64,000 bases of DNA, taken from Candidatus Sumerlaeia bacterium. Lineage in GTDB: Bacteria > Sumerlaeota > Sumerlaeia > SLMS01 > JANRJK01. Below are positions 35,117-45,362 of this stretch, piece by piece. The first letter of the stretch is position 1. Each line of letters starts with the position of its first letter. The notes beneath the pieces were generated by a model. That model was not told where the DNA came from. It did not search any database and worked only from the letters and a program-made list of their open reading frames with translations. Both the position numbers and the translations under genes were made by a program. The stretch covers positions 3,291 through 67,290 of the forward strand of contig JANRJK010000021.1 in the NCBI GenBank assembly GCA_033764015.1, read 5' to 3'.

Positions 35117-36697
35117 GTGCTGCGCACCGACCCGATCACCCTCGTGAAACTGCTGTCGGACGCCGGCGTCCGCGACGCGGAGCTGCGCGGCGCGCCGGGC
35201 GCGCTCCTCACGGGGCTCGCGGACCACGCGGAGCGCGTGGAGCCGGGCGCCTGCTTCGTGGCGCAGCGCGGGGCGAACTCGGACTCGCACCACTTCGTGG
35301 GCCGGGCGGTGGAGCGCGGCGCGGCCGCGGTGATCGCGAGCGAGCCGGTGCCGGTGCCGGACGGCGTGGCGCTGGCGCTGGTGCGCGACTCGCGCCGGGC
35401 GCTCGGGCACATCGCGCAGGCGGCGGCGGGCAACCCGGCGAAGGCGCTCGCGGTGCTCGGCGTGACCGGCACGAACGGCAAGACGACGGTGGCCTGGCTG
35501 ACGGAGTCGATCCTCGCGGACGCGGGGATCTCGGCGGGCCGCATCGGCACGCTGGGCTACGCGTTCGCGGGCTCGGAGCACTCGCTGAACAACACGACGC
35601 CCGGACCGATCGAGCTGGCGGACATCATGCGCCGCATGCGCGCGGCAGGCGTCACGCACCTCGCCATGGAAGTGTCGAGCCACGCGATCGACCAGGGGCG
35701 CGTGAACGGCGTGCCGTTCCTCGCCGGGGCGCTCACCAGCATCGGGCAGGACCACCTGGACTACCACGGCACCTTCGAGAACTACGTGGCGTGCAAGAAG
35801 CGCTTCTTCACGGAGCACCTGGGGCCGTCGCGGGGGGTGTGGGTGCTGAACCTGGACGAGGCCGCGGGCGAGGAGCTGCGCGACGCCGCTGGCGGCGCGC
35901 CGGTCTCGACCTACGCGCTCGGCACGCGGGCGTCGGCGACGATCCAGTCGGGCGACGTGCACACGACGGCGAGCTTCAGCGAGTTCATCCTGCGGATCCG
36001 CTGCGAGGTCGGGCGGGTGCGCGCGCCGCTGGTGGGCTCGTTCAACATTTCGAACATGATGGCGGCGGCGGGGCTTTGCGACGCGGCGGGGCTGGACGTG
36101 CGGAGCATCGCGCGCGGCCTCTGCGGCTGCCGCCCGGCGCCGGGCCGCTTCGAGCGCGTGGACGCGGGGCAGCCATTCACGGTGCTGGTGGACTACGCGC
36201 ACACGCCGGACGCGCTGGAGCGGACGCTGCGCGCGGCGCGGCGGCTGGCCTCCTCGCGGCTGCTCTGCGTGATGGGCGCGGGCGGCAACCGCGACGCCGG
36301 CAAGCGCCCGCTGATGGGCCGCGCCTGCGCGCAGCTCGCGGACTACACCGTCGTCACCAGCGACAACCCGCGCTTCGAGGACCCGGAGGCGATCATCGCG
36401 CAGATCCTGGCGGGGTTCCGCGAGGAGCGGACGCCGCGGTCGCGCTACACGGCGATCACGGACCGGCGGCTCGCGATCGAATCGGCGCTCCGCATGGCGG
36501 CGCCGGGCGACTGCGTGCTGATCGCGGGCAAGGGGCACGAGGACTACCAGGAGGTCGCCGGCGTGCGGCACCCCTTCGACGACCGGGTGGCGGCGCGCGG
36601 GGCGCTCGCCGCGATGGCCGCCGACTGGGCGCAGGGGCGCTCCCCGGTCGAATCCGCCAGCATCGAAACCCACACGGAGGGCGCCACTTGGAACTGA
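35117..36697 (+). CDS. murE: UDP-N-acetylmuramoyl-L-alanyl-D-glutamate--2,6-diaminopimelate ligase
   Basis: GVTGTNGKTT P-loop, a Mur ligase middle domain, and the DAP-specificity motif SDNPRFEDP. GTG start at 35117, 6 nt after the ftsI stop. Confidence 0.9.
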   Translation: MLRTDPITLVKLLSDAGVRDAELRGAPGALLTGLADHAERVEPGACFVAQRGANSDSHHFVGRAVERGAAAVIASEPVPVPDGVALALVRDSRRALGHIAQAAAGNPAKALAVLGVTGTNGKTTVAWLTESILADAGISAGRIGTLGYAFAGSEHSLNNTTPGPIELADIMRRMRAAGVTHLAMEVSSHAIDQGRVNGVPFLAGALTSIGQDHLDYHGTFENYVACKKRFFTEHLGPSRGVWVLNLDEAAGEELRDAAGGAPVSTYALGTRASATIQSGDVHTTASFSEFILRIRCEVGRVRAPLVGSFNISNMMAAAGLCDAAGLDVRSIARGLCGCRPAPGRFERVDAGQPFTVLVDYAHTPDALERTLRAARRLASSRLLCVMGAGGNRDAGKRPLMGRACAQLADYTVVTSDNPRFEDPEAIIAQILAGFREERTPRSRYTAITDRRLAIESALRMAAPGDCVLIAGKGHEDYQEVAGVRHPFDDRVAARGALAAMAADWAQGRSPVESASIETHTEGATWN

Positions 36698-38094
36698 CCG
36701 CGCAATTCACTGCGGAGGCGTGCGGAGGCGGGCTCCGCGGCCCGGGGGACATCGTCTTCAAGGGCGTTTCAACCGACTCGCGGACGACGGCGCCGGGCGA
36801 GCTGTTCGTCGCGCTCGACGGCCCGCGCTTCCACGGCGAGGACTTCCTCCCCGCGGCGATGGCGCGGGGCGCCGCGGGCGCGCTGCTTGCCCGTCCCGTC
36901 GAGGGCCTGCCCGCGGACTTCCCGGTGGTCGTGGTCGAGGACACGCTCGAGGCGCTCGGCGCGCTGGCGAACGCGTGGCGGCGGGCGCTGAACCCGATCG
37001 TCGTCGCGGTGAGCGGTTCCGCCGGCAAGACGACGACGAAGGAGATGACCGCCGCGCTGATGAACGGCGCGGCGCCGGTGCTCGCCACGGAGGGGAACAA
37101 GAACAACCTGGTGGGACTGCCGCAGACGCTGCTGCGCCTGCGCCCGGAGCACCGCTTCGCCGTGGTGGAGCTGGGGATGAACCGCCCCGGCGAGCTGCTG
37201 CGCCTGACGGAGATCGCCGCGCCGGACGCGGTGGTCATGACGAACATCGGCAACGCGCACATCGGCAACTTCGGCTCGGAGGAGTGCCTGGTGCGCGCGG
37301 AGCTGGAGGTGCTGGACGCGCTGGACGGCCACGAGGTGGTGTTCTTCAACGCCGACTGCCCGGTGCTCTCGGCGCACCTGCGCCAGGCGGAGGCGCCCTT
37401 CCTGCTCACGCCGTTCGGCCGCGAGGCGATCTCGCAGGTCGGCATCGAGGACGTCTCGCCGATCGATCCGGTGGGCTACCGGATGGTGCTGCGCGTGGGC
37501 GAGGAGCGCCGCGCGCTGGAGCTGCCGCTGTTCGGCGAGTACCAGGTGTCAAACGTCTGGGCGGCGGCGTCGGTGGCGCACTACTACGGCGTCGGGATCG
37601 ACCGGATCGCGTCGCGGCTGGGGAACTTCACGGCGCCGGCGCTGCGCAGCGACGCGGAGTGGATCGGCGGCGTGCTGGTGGTGAAGGACTGCTACAACGC
37701 CTCGCCGGACCCGATGCTGCGCGCGATCGCGAGCTTCCGCAAGCTGCGCGGCGTGAAGCGGCGCTTCGCGCTGCTGGGCGACATGTACGAGCTGGGCGAG
37801 TTCACCGCGCGCTTCCACGAGGTCGTGGGGCGCGCCGCCGCGGAGGGCGGCCTCGACGGCCTCTTCGCGGTCGGCGAGCACACGGTGGACACGGTGCGCG
37901 AGGCGGCCCGCGGCGGCCTGCTGGCGGTGCACTGCGCGGATTCCACGGAGGCGGCGCGGCTCCTCGCCTCGGAGCTCCGCGAGGGCGACGCGCTGCTGGT
38001 GAAGGGCTCGCGGGCGAACCGCCTGGAGCAGGCTGTCGAGCGGCTGCGCGCGGGCCTGGCGGCGGCGGACATGCTGGAGGTGGACGCCACGTGA
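36688..38094 (+). CDS. murF: UDP-N-acetylmuramoyl-tripeptide--D-alanyl-D-alanine ligase
   Basis: TTG 36688 is preceded by GGAGG and overlaps murE by 10 nt. Motifs: VSTDSRTTAPGELFVAL, GSAGKTTTKEM, and the C-terminal GDMYELGE. Confidence 0.9.
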   Translation: MELTAQFTAEACGGGLRGPGDIVFKGVSTDSRTTAPGELFVALDGPRFHGEDFLPAAMARGAAGALLARPVEGLPADFPVVVVEDTLEALGALANAWRRALNPIVVAVSGSAGKTTTKEMTAALMNGAAPVLATEGNKNNLVGLPQTLLRLRPEHRFAVVELGMNRPGELLRLTEIAAPDAVVMTNIGNAHIGNFGSEECLVRAELEVLDALDGHEVVFFNADCPVLSAHLRQAEAPFLLTPFGREAISQVGIEDVSPIDPVGYRMVLRVGEERRALELPLFGEYQVSNVWAAASVAHYYGVGIDRIASRLGNFTAPALRSDAEWIGGVLVVKDCYNASPDPMLRAIASFRKLRGVKRRFALLGDMYELGEFTARFHEVVGRAAAEGGLDGLFAVGEHTVDTVREAARGGLLAVHCADSTEAARLLASELREGDALLVKGSRANRLEQAVERLRAGLAAADMLEVDAT

Positions 38095-39227
38095 TCCTGT
38101 GGCTCCTCGATCTCCTCGGCCTGTCGCAGTCGGCGGCGCTCGGCAACCTCGCGGGGTACATCACCGTGCGGGCGGCGGCGGCGCTGGTGCTGACGTTCGG
38201 GCTCTGCGTGCTGGCGGGTCCGCGCTTCATCGCGTGGCTGCGCGCGCGCAAGATGGGGCAGCACATCCGCCGCTCCGAGGGCGAGAACGCGGTGAGCCTG
38301 CACGAGATGCACGCCGGGAAGGCGGGCACGCCGACCATGGGCGGGCTGCTGATGCTCGCGGCGCTCACGGTGTCGGTCGCGCTGGTCGGCGACTGGGACG
38401 AGCCGGTGCTGTGGCTGGCGTACTTCGCGGCGCTCTCCTTCGGGATCATCGGCTTCATCGACGACTACCGGAAGTTCACGGGCCGCAACAACAAGGGGAT
38501 CAGCGAGCGCGAGAAGCTGGCGGCGCAGGCGGCCTTCGGGCTGATCTTCGCGGCCGGCTTCTACTACTTCTGCGGCGACATGGTGCGCTACCGCGTCACG
38601 GAGGTTTCGGGCGCGGACCTGCTGGTGCTGCCGTTCGTGAAGGAGTGGGCGTTCGCGCTGGGGATCGCGTACATCCCGTTCGCGGTGCTGGTGCTGGCGG
38701 CGACGAGCAACGCGGTGAACCTGACGGACGGGCTGGACGGCCTGGCTGCCGGGGTGAGCACCGTCGCCGCGATGTGCTTCGCGCTGGTCGCGTACCTCGC
38801 GGGGCGCGCGGACATGTCGACGTACCTGTTCATCCCGCACGTGCAGGGCGCGGGCGAGGTGGCGGTGATCCTGGCGGCGCTCGTGGGCGCGTGCCTCGGG
38901 TTCCTGTGGTTCAACGCGCACCCCGCGCAGGTGTTCATGGGCGACACGGGCTCGATGATGGTCGGGGGCCTTCTGGGCGCTTCGGCGCTGCTGGTGAAGC
39001 ACGAGCTGCTGCTGGTGCTGGTGGGCGGCATCTTCGTGCTCGAGGCGGGCTCCGTGATCCTGCAGGTGGGCAGCGTGAAGCTCACCGGCCGCCGGGTGCT
39101 GCGCATGTCGCCGCTGCACCACCACTTCGAGAAGCTCGGCGTTCCCGAATCCAAGATCATCGTCCGCTTCTGGGTCGTGTCGGCGCTGCTCGCGCTGGCG
39201 GGACTCTCGACGCTCAAGCTCCGCTGA
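38091..39227 (+). CDS. mraY: Phospho-N-acetylmuramoyl-pentapeptide transferase
   Basis: GTG 38091 overlaps the murF stop (GTGA). Motifs: GTPTMGGLLM, NAVNLTDGLDGLA, FMGDTGSM, and PLHHHFE. Confidence 0.95.
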   Translation: MILWLLDLLGLSQSAALGNLAGYITVRAAAALVLTFGLCVLAGPRFIAWLRARKMGQHIRRSEGENAVSLHEMHAGKAGTPTMGGLLMLAALTVSVALVGDWDEPVLWLAYFAALSFGIIGFIDDYRKFTGRNNKGISEREKLAAQAAFGLIFAAGFYYFCGDMVRYRVTEVSGADLLVLPFVKEWAFALGIAYIPFAVLVLAATSNAVNLTDGLDGLAAGVSTVAAMCFALVAYLAGRADMSTYLFIPHVQGAGEVAVILAALVGACLGFLWFNAHPAQVFMGDTGSMMVGGLLGASALLVKHELLLVLVGGIFVLEAGSVILQVGSVKLTGRRVLRMSPLHHHFEKLGVPESKIIVRFWVVSALLALAGLSTLKLR

Positions 39228-39335
39228 CCGGCCCGCGAGGGCGCCACCGCCGATCCGTTCCTTGACTTAGTCAACCCTCTCCCCCGCTCCACCCTCCATC
39301 CCACTCCCGCTCCCGTTCCGGAGGACCTCCCGCTG

Positions 39336-40718
39336 ATGCAGCCTTCCCTTTCGTTCCCCTTCCGCCGCGTGTGCGTGTTCGGCGCCGCGCGCTCCGGCGT
39401 CGCCGCCATGCACCTGCTGCGGCACCACAACATCGAGGTGACGCTCGTCGACGAGCGCCCCGCGAAGGAGTTCCGCTCGCTGATCCGGCGCATCCGCCGG
39501 CTGTACGTGACGGCGCACTTCGGCGACCTGTCGCCGAAGATGCTCGCCGGCTGCGAGGCGATCGTGCTCTCGCCCGGCATCCGGCTCGACCACCCGTTCG
39601 TCGAGGCGGCGCTCGAGCGCGACCTCCCGGTGATCTCCGAGGTCGAGCTCGCGTCGTACTTCGCGCGCTCGCCGATCGTCGCCATCACCGGCACCAACGG
39701 CAAGACGACGACCACGATCCTGACGGGCCAGATGGTGGCCGACTCGGGCGTGAACGCGGTGGTGTCCGGCAACATCGGGCGCGCGTTCTCGGACGGCGTG
39801 CTGTCGACGCTCGACGAGACCCGCGAGTCGGTGCTCGTCACCGAGGTGTCGAGCTTCCAGCTCGAGTCGATCGAGACGTTCCGCCCGCGGATCGCGGCGA
39901 TCCTGAACATCACGCGGGACCACATGGACCGCTACCCGTCGATGCGCGAGTACGTGGAGGCCAAGTTCCAGATCACGCGCAACCAGACGGCGGAGGACTC
40001 GCTGATCCTGAACCAGGACGACCCGCTGGTGATGAAGCTGGCGGAGGAGACGGAGGCGCAGGTCTTCACGTTCTCGATGTCGGGGAACAAGGTGAAGCAG
40101 GGCGCCTTCCTGGAGGGCGACCGGCTGTACCTGAAGGTGGGCGGCGAGATCACGCCGGTCTGCAACGTGTCGGAGATCCCGCTGCCGGGGCGGCACAACG
40201 TGGAGAACACGCTGGCGTCGCTGCTGATGGCGACGCGCGCGGGGGTCTCGGTGGATTCGATCCGCGGGACGCTGCACAAGTTCAAGGGCGTGGAGCACCG
40301 CATCGAGTTCGTCGCCGCGACGAAGGAGAACGTGCGCTTCTACAACGACTCGAAGGCGACGAACGTCGATTCGCTGGAGAAGGCGCTGATGGCGTTCGAC
40401 CGTCCGATCGTGCTGCTGGCCGGCGGGCGCGACAAGGCGTCGGCCTACGACCGGCTGAACCACCTGATCAAGGAGAAGGTCCGCGGGCTGGTGCTGATCG
40501 GCGAGGCGGCGCCGCTGATCGAGAAGCACTGGGGCGCGCTGGTGCCGACGCGGCGGGCGAAGGACATGGACGAGGCCGTGAAGTCGGCGGCGGGCCTGGC
40601 GCAGCCTGGGGACGTGGTGCTGCTGTCGCCGGCGTGCGCCAGCTTCGACATGTTCCGCGACTTCGAGGACCGCGGCGCCAGCTTCAAGCGCTCGGTCCGC
40701 AACCACCTGGGGCTGTGA
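39336..40718 (+). CDS. murD: UDP-N-acetylmuramoylalanine--D-glutamate ligase
   Basis: AITGTNGKTTTT P-loop, GRHNVENTLAS, YNDSKATN, and SPACASFDMF at the C-terminus. Confidence 0.9.
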   Translation: MQPSLSFPFRRVCVFGAARSGVAAMHLLRHHNIEVTLVDERPAKEFRSLIRRIRRLYVTAHFGDLSPKMLAGCEAIVLSPGIRLDHPFVEAALERDLPVISEVELASYFARSPIVAITGTNGKTTTTILTGQMVADSGVNAVVSGNIGRAFSDGVLSTLDETRESVLVTEVSSFQLESIETFRPRIAAILNITRDHMDRYPSMREYVEAKFQITRNQTAEDSLILNQDDPLVMKLAEETEAQVFTFSMSGNKVKQGAFLEGDRLYLKVGGEITPVCNVSEIPLPGRHNVENTLASLLMATRAGVSVDSIRGTLHKFKGVEHRIEFVAATKENVRFYNDSKATNVDSLEKALMAFDRPIVLLAGGRDKASAYDRLNHLIKEKVRGLVLIGEAAPLIEKHWGALVPTRRAKDMDEAVKSAAGLAQPGDVVLLSPACASFDMFRDFEDRGASFKRSVRNHLGL

Positions 40719-40725
40719 CGCGCGC

Positions 40726-41916
40726 GTGAACGACTTCCTCGCCGGTTTCCGGAGCCCCGCGGGCCTGTTGATGCTCGTGGCGTCCACGCTGTTCGCGGTG
40801 GGCGTGGTCGCCGTCTTTTCGGCGAGCGGGGCCCGGGCCGGCCTGGAGGAAGGCGTCGCGCTGTCGGCGCAGGAGGCGCTCTCGGGCGACGGCCTCGCGC
40901 GGCACTACGCGGCGACGTACGCGGTGAAGCAGGCGGTCTGGGGTGCGCTGGGGATCGCCGCGATGGCGCTGCTGGCGTCGCTGCCGGCGGAGCTGTGGCG
41001 GCGCGCGGCGCCCTGGCTGCTCGGCTTCGCGGCGGTGCTGCTGGTGCTGGTGATCGTCGGTCCGCTCGGGGTCGAGTCGAAGGGCGCGCGCCGCTGGCTG
41101 CGGCTCGGGCCCGTGACGATCCAGCCGGCGGAGTTCGCGAAGATCGCGCTGGTGCTGTTCATGGCGCGGATGCTCGCGGAGAACCGGCTGAGGCACACGT
41201 CGTTCACCAAGGGCTTCCTGCCGCCGGCGGCGGTGCTCGGCGTTTTCGCCGCGCTGATCCTGCTCGAGAAGGACCTCGGCATGACGGCGCTGGTCTGCGG
41301 CGCGTGCTTCTCGATGTGGATCCTGGCGCGGCTGCACAGCCTTTACCTGGCGGCGGTCGCGGTTGCCGGGCTCGCGGGCGGGGTGCTGCTGGTGCTGACG
41401 CAGAGCTACCGGGTGAACCGCATCCTCGCGTTCCTCGATCCGGACAAGTACGCGCTGACGCACGCTTACCAGCTCAACCAGTCGCTGATCGCGGTGGGCT
41501 CGGGCGGGATGTGGGGGCAGGGCCTCGGCATGAGCCTGCAGAAGTACCACTTCCTGAGCGAGGCGCACACGGACTTCATCTTCGCGATCGTGAGCGAGGA
41601 GCTGGGCTTCGTGGGGGCGTCGGCGGTGGTGCTGCTGTACCTCGCGTTCCTTTCGCTGGGCATCCGGACGGCGCTGCGGGCGCCGGACTACTTCAGCGCG
41701 CTGGCGGCGGGCGGCCTCACGCTGCTGGTCGGCATCGGCGCGTTCATCAATTTCTTCGTGGTGCTGGGCCTGGCGCCGACGAAGGGGCTCACGCTGCCCT
41801 TCCTCAGCTACGGCGGCTCGTCGATCCTCGCGTCGTTCATCGTGGCGGGGCTGCTGGCGGGGATCGCGAACAGCTCGGCGGAGCCGGGCCTCGCGGCGGA
41901 GGGCTCCCATGCCTGA
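40726..41916 (+). CDS. ftsW: Peptidoglycan glycosyltransferase FtsW (SEDS family)
   Basis: SEDS blocks RWLRLGPVTIQPAEFAKIALV, PEAHTDFIFAIVSEELGF, and GLAPTKGLTLPFLSYGGSS. The position between murD and murG supports ftsW over rodA. Confidence 0.9.
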   Translation: MNDFLAGFRSPAGLLMLVASTLFAVGVVAVFSASGARAGLEEGVALSAQEALSGDGLARHYAATYAVKQAVWGALGIAAMALLASLPAELWRRAAPWLLGFAAVLLVLVIVGPLGVESKGARRWLRLGPVTIQPAEFAKIALVLFMARMLAENRLRHTSFTKGFLPPAAVLGVFAALILLEKDLGMTALVCGACFSMWILARLHSLYLAAVAVAGLAGGVLLVLTQSYRVNRILAFLDPDKYALTHAYQLNQSLIAVGSGGMWGQGLGMSLQKYHFLSEAHTDFIFAIVSEELGFVGASAVVLLYLAFLSLGIRTALRAPDYFSALAAGGLTLLVGIGAFINFFVVLGLAPTKGLTLPFLSYGGSSILASFIVAGLLAGIANSSAEPGLAAEGSHA

Positions 41917-42988
41917 GCGCCGCGCGCCCCGACTGCTGGTCGTCGCCGCGGGCACCGGCGGGCACATCGTGCCCGGCGTGGTGTTCGCCCGCGCGGCGCG
42001 CGCCTCGGGCGCGGAGGCCGCGCTGGCGGCGGGCGCGCGCCCCGTGGAGGAGCAAGTCTACGCCGCGCTCGGCGAGGAGCGCCTGCGGGTGCCGCTGCGC
42101 GTGGGCATCAACGCGCGGGGCCGGCTCGCGCCGTGGAACGTCGCGCGCGACCTCGCCGCGGCGGCGCGGACGCTGCGCGCCTTCCGCCCGGACGCGGTGC
42201 TGTCGATGGGGGGCGCCTACGGCGTGCCGTTCCTGCTGGCGGCGAAGGCGATGGGCCTGCCCGTCTTCCTGCACGAATCGAACCGGCGCCCGGGGCGCGT
42301 GACGCGGATCTTCGCGCGGCTGGCGGAGCGCGCCTTCCTGGGCTTCCCGCCGGACGCGGCGGTGGCGAACGCGCTCGTCACGGGAACGCCGGCGCGCTCG
42401 GTCGAGCCCGCCGCCGTGCGCGACACGGTGTGCTTCCTGGGGGGCAGCCTCGGGGCGAAGCGCGTGGCGGACGCGGGCGCGGAGCTGGCCCGCGGCATCG
42501 TCGAGGCGCATCCCGGACTGCGCGTCGTGGTGCTGGGCGCGTCGGCGCCGGAGGGCTCCGCGGCGGATCCGTCGATCGAGTTCCTGCCGTTCTGCGCGGA
42601 CGTGCCGGCGCTGCTGGCGCGGAGCGTCCTGGCGGTGTCGCGCGCGGGTGCGAGCACGCTGGTCGAGCTGGCGGCCGCGGGCGCGCCGGCGGTGCTGGTG
42701 CCGTACCCGCGGGCGAAGGACGACCACCAGCGGGCGAACGCGCGCTTCGCGGCGGAGCGCGGCGCGGCCGTGATGGTTGACGAAGTCAACGATCCGCAGG
42801 AGTCGCTGGAGGACGCGGTCCGCGCGCTGCTCGCGGACCCGGCGCGGGCCGCCGCGATGGGCGCGGCGGCGCGGACGCTGAACGCGGCGGACCCCTGCGC
42901 GGCGATGCTCTCCACGATTTCGCAGTCGCTCGACGCGCGCCGGACCGGCGGCGCGGCCACCCTAGATCCCGCGGAGATCCGCCGATGA
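41909..42988 (+). CDS. murG: Undecaprenyldiphospho-muramoylpentapeptide beta-N-acetylglucosaminyltransferase
   Basis: AAGTGGHIVPG near the N-terminus, GGSLGA, SRAGASTLVELAAAG, and the conserved C-terminal block DDHQRANA. Overlaps ftsW by 8 nt. Confidence 0.9.
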   Translation: MPERRAPRLLVVAAGTGGHIVPGVVFARAARASGAEAALAAGARPVEEQVYAALGEERLRVPLRVGINARGRLAPWNVARDLAAAARTLRAFRPDAVLSMGGAYGVPFLLAAKAMGLPVFLHESNRRPGRVTRIFARLAERAFLGFPPDAAVANALVTGTPARSVEPAAVRDTVCFLGGSLGAKRVADAGAELARGIVEAHPGLRVVVLGASAPEGSAADPSIEFLPFCADVPALLARSVLAVSRAGASTLVELAAAGAPAVLVPYPRAKDDHQRANARFAAERGAAVMVDEVNDPQESLEDAVRALLADPARAAAMGAAARTLNAADPCAAMLSTISQSLDARRTGGAATLDPAEIRR

Positions 42989-44412
42989 CGACGCTCTCGC
43001 AGGCCACGCAGCACGCCCCCACCTGGAGCGGCGCCTTCCCGCGCAGCGCCCACCTGCTCGGCATCGGCGGCGTCGGGATGCAGGGGCTCGCGTTCGCGCT
43101 GCACACGCGCGGCTGCGCGGTCTCGGGCACCGACCCGTGCCCGCGCGGGAAGCTGGCGCACCTGCTCGAGCTCGGCATCAACGTCTTCGGTGAGCACCGG
43201 GCGCGCGACCTGTCGCACGCGGAGGTCGTGATCCGCTCCTCCGCGGTGCCGGACGACAACCCCGAGCTGCTCGCCGCGCAGGCGCAGGGCGTCCCGGTGG
43301 TGCACCGCGTCGAGGGGCTGGCGCTGCTGCTGCGCGACCGGGCGGGGCTGCTGGTGGCGGGCACGCACGGCAAGACGACCACGACGGCGATGGCCGGGTT
43401 CCTCGCGGAGGCGGCGGGGCTCGACCCGTGGGTCTTCGTGGGGGGCGACGTGGCGGAGTGGGGCGGCTACTGCCGGCGCGGCGGCGCGGACTCGGTCTGC
43501 GTCGCGGAGACGGACGAGAGCGACGGCACCTTCCTGCGCGTGCCCGGCCAGTACGCCGTGGTGACGAACATCGAGGAGGAGCACCTCGCCTACTGGCGCG
43601 ACGGCGACGCGCTGCGCGAGGGCTTCCGCAAGTTCATGGAGCGCATCGCGGGCGGGCGGCTGGTGGTCTGCGCGGACGACCCCGGCGTGCGCTCGCTGGA
43701 GCCGCACTGGCGCGGCGTCGCGCTGAGCTACGGCGCGGAGTCGGAGGACGCGGACTACCGGATCGAGTCGCTGGAGCACGGGGCGGAGGGCAGCGCGTTC
43801 CTGCTGCGGCTGCCGGACGGCTCGCGGACGCCGGTGCGCGTCGGGGTGCCGGGTCGGCACAACGCGCTGAACGCGGCCGGCGCGCTGGCGCTGGCGCACC
43901 GCGCGGGGATGGATCCCGCGGCGGTGGCGGGGGCGCTGGCGCGCTTCCGGGGCGTGGGGCGGCGGTTCACGCGGCACGCGCTCGCGGGGGGCGTGCTGCT
44001 GGTGGACGACTACGGGCACCACGTGAGCGAGATCGAGGCGACGGTGCGGACCGCGCGGCAGGTGGCGGACGCGCGGCGCGGGCGCCTGTTCGCGGTGGTG
44101 CAGCCGCACCGCTACTCGCGCGTGGAGCACACGATCGCGCGCTACGGCGAGGCGCTGGAGGGCGCGGAGCGCGTGTGGATCACGGACGTCTACGCGGCGG
44201 GCGAGGAGCCGATCCCCGGTTGCCGCGGCGGCGACGTGGCGGCGGTGTGCGCGGCCTCCGGGCGCGCGACGCGCTTCGTGCCGGACCCCGCGGAGGCGGT
44301 GGGCGAGGCGCTCGAGGGCGCGCGCGCCGGCGACGTGGTGCTCTGCCTCGGGGCGGGGTCGATCTCCGACGCGGCGCGGCGCGCGGCCGCGAAGGCGGGG
44401 GTGCTCGCATGA
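42985..44412 (+). CDS. murC: UDP-N-acetylmuramate--L-alanine ligase
   Basis: HLLGIGGVGMQGLA, AGTHGKTTTTAM, DDYGHHVSEI, and QPHRYSR. The ATG overlaps the murG stop (ATGA). Confidence 0.9.
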   Translation: MTTLSQATQHAPTWSGAFPRSAHLLGIGGVGMQGLAFALHTRGCAVSGTDPCPRGKLAHLLELGINVFGEHRARDLSHAEVVIRSSAVPDDNPELLAAQAQGVPVVHRVEGLALLLRDRAGLLVAGTHGKTTTTAMAGFLAEAAGLDPWVFVGGDVAEWGGYCRRGGADSVCVAETDESDGTFLRVPGQYAVVTNIEEEHLAYWRDGDALREGFRKFMERIAGGRLVVCADDPGVRSLEPHWRGVALSYGAESEDADYRIESLEHGAEGSAFLLRLPDGSRTPVRVGVPGRHNALNAAGALALAHRAGMDPAAVAGALARFRGVGRRFTRHALAGGVLLVDDYGHHVSEIEATVRTARQVADARRGRLFAVVQPHRYSRVEHTIARYGEALEGAERVWITDVYAAGEEPIPGCRGGDVAAVCAASGRATRFVPDPAEAVGEALEGARAGDVVLCLGAGSISDAARRAAAKAGVLA

Positions 44413-45362
44413 GGCTTGCGGCGGAGTTCCGCGAACTACTGGACCGCCCGATCCCGGGCGTCTCTTTCACGCCGTTCGCGGACGTGACGAAGAAGACGAC
44501 GATGAAGACGCGCGCCCGCGCCGCGATGCTGGCGCACGCGGACTGCCCGCGCGGGCTGGCGGAGCTGCTGCGCCGCGCCCGCGCGATGGGGTGGCCGCTG
44601 CGGATGCTCGGGGGCGGCGCGAACACGCTTTTCGCCGCGGGCTTCTACGAAGGCGTGCTGGTGACGCTCGGGAACGCGTTCGCGCAGGTCGAGTACCTGG
44701 GCGGGACGATGCTGCGCGCGGGCTCGGCCACGCCGATGCCGCGGCTGCTGAAGCTGGCGAACCAGCACGGCCTGATGGGCCTGGAGTTCCTGCACATGGT
44801 GCCGGGGCAGGTGGGCGGCGGGCTGGCGGGGAACGCGGGCGCGGGGGACTACGGGCTGTGCGAGTTCCTGGAGCGCTGCCTGTGCCTGACGCGCGACGGC
44901 CGGCTGCTGGAGGTCGGGCGCGGCGGGTTCGACTACGGCTACCGCTTCTCCGAGCTGTCGCAGGTGGTGGTGCTGGAGGCGGACTTCCGGCTGATGCCGC
45001 TGCACGCGCAGGAGGCGGAGCGGCGGAAGGCGGACTTCAAGGCGAAGAAGGCGGGCCAGCCGTACGACTGGCCCTCGTCCGGCTGCATCTTCAAGAACCC
45101 GCGCCCGGCGGGGGGCGGGAAGCCCGTCAGCGCCGGCAAGCTGATCGACGAGGCGGGCCTCAAGGGCTACCGGATCGGCGACGCGGCGGTGTCGGAGGGC
45201 CACGCGAACTTCATCATCAACCTGGGCGAGGCGACCGGCGAGGACTTCCTGGCGCTGATCACGCTGATCCAGGACGTGGTGCAGGAGAAGCACGGTGTGG
45301 AGCTGGAGGCGGAAGTGAAGATCCTGGGCGGCCCGCTGGAGCGGGCGGCGGCGGTCGCGTGA
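44409..45362 (+). CDS. murB: UDP-N-acetylenolpyruvoylglucosamine reductase
   Basis: ATG 44409 overlaps the murC stop. An FAD-binding fold (LGGGANTLF, PGQVGGGLAGNAGA) and SSGCIFKNP in the C-terminal domain. Confidence 0.9.
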   Translation: MRLAAEFRELLDRPIPGVSFTPFADVTKKTTMKTRARAAMLAHADCPRGLAELLRRARAMGWPLRMLGGGANTLFAAGFYEGVLVTLGNAFAQVEYLGGTMLRAGSATPMPRLLKLANQHGLMGLEFLHMVPGQVGGGLAGNAGAGDYGLCEFLERCLCLTRDGRLLEVGRGGFDYGYRFSELSQVVVLEADFRLMPLHAQEAERRKADFKAKKAGQPYDWPSSGCIFKNPRPAGGGKPVSAGKLIDEAGLKGYRIGDAAVSEGHANFIINLGEATGEDFLALITLIQDVVQEKHGVELEAEVKILGGPLERAAAVA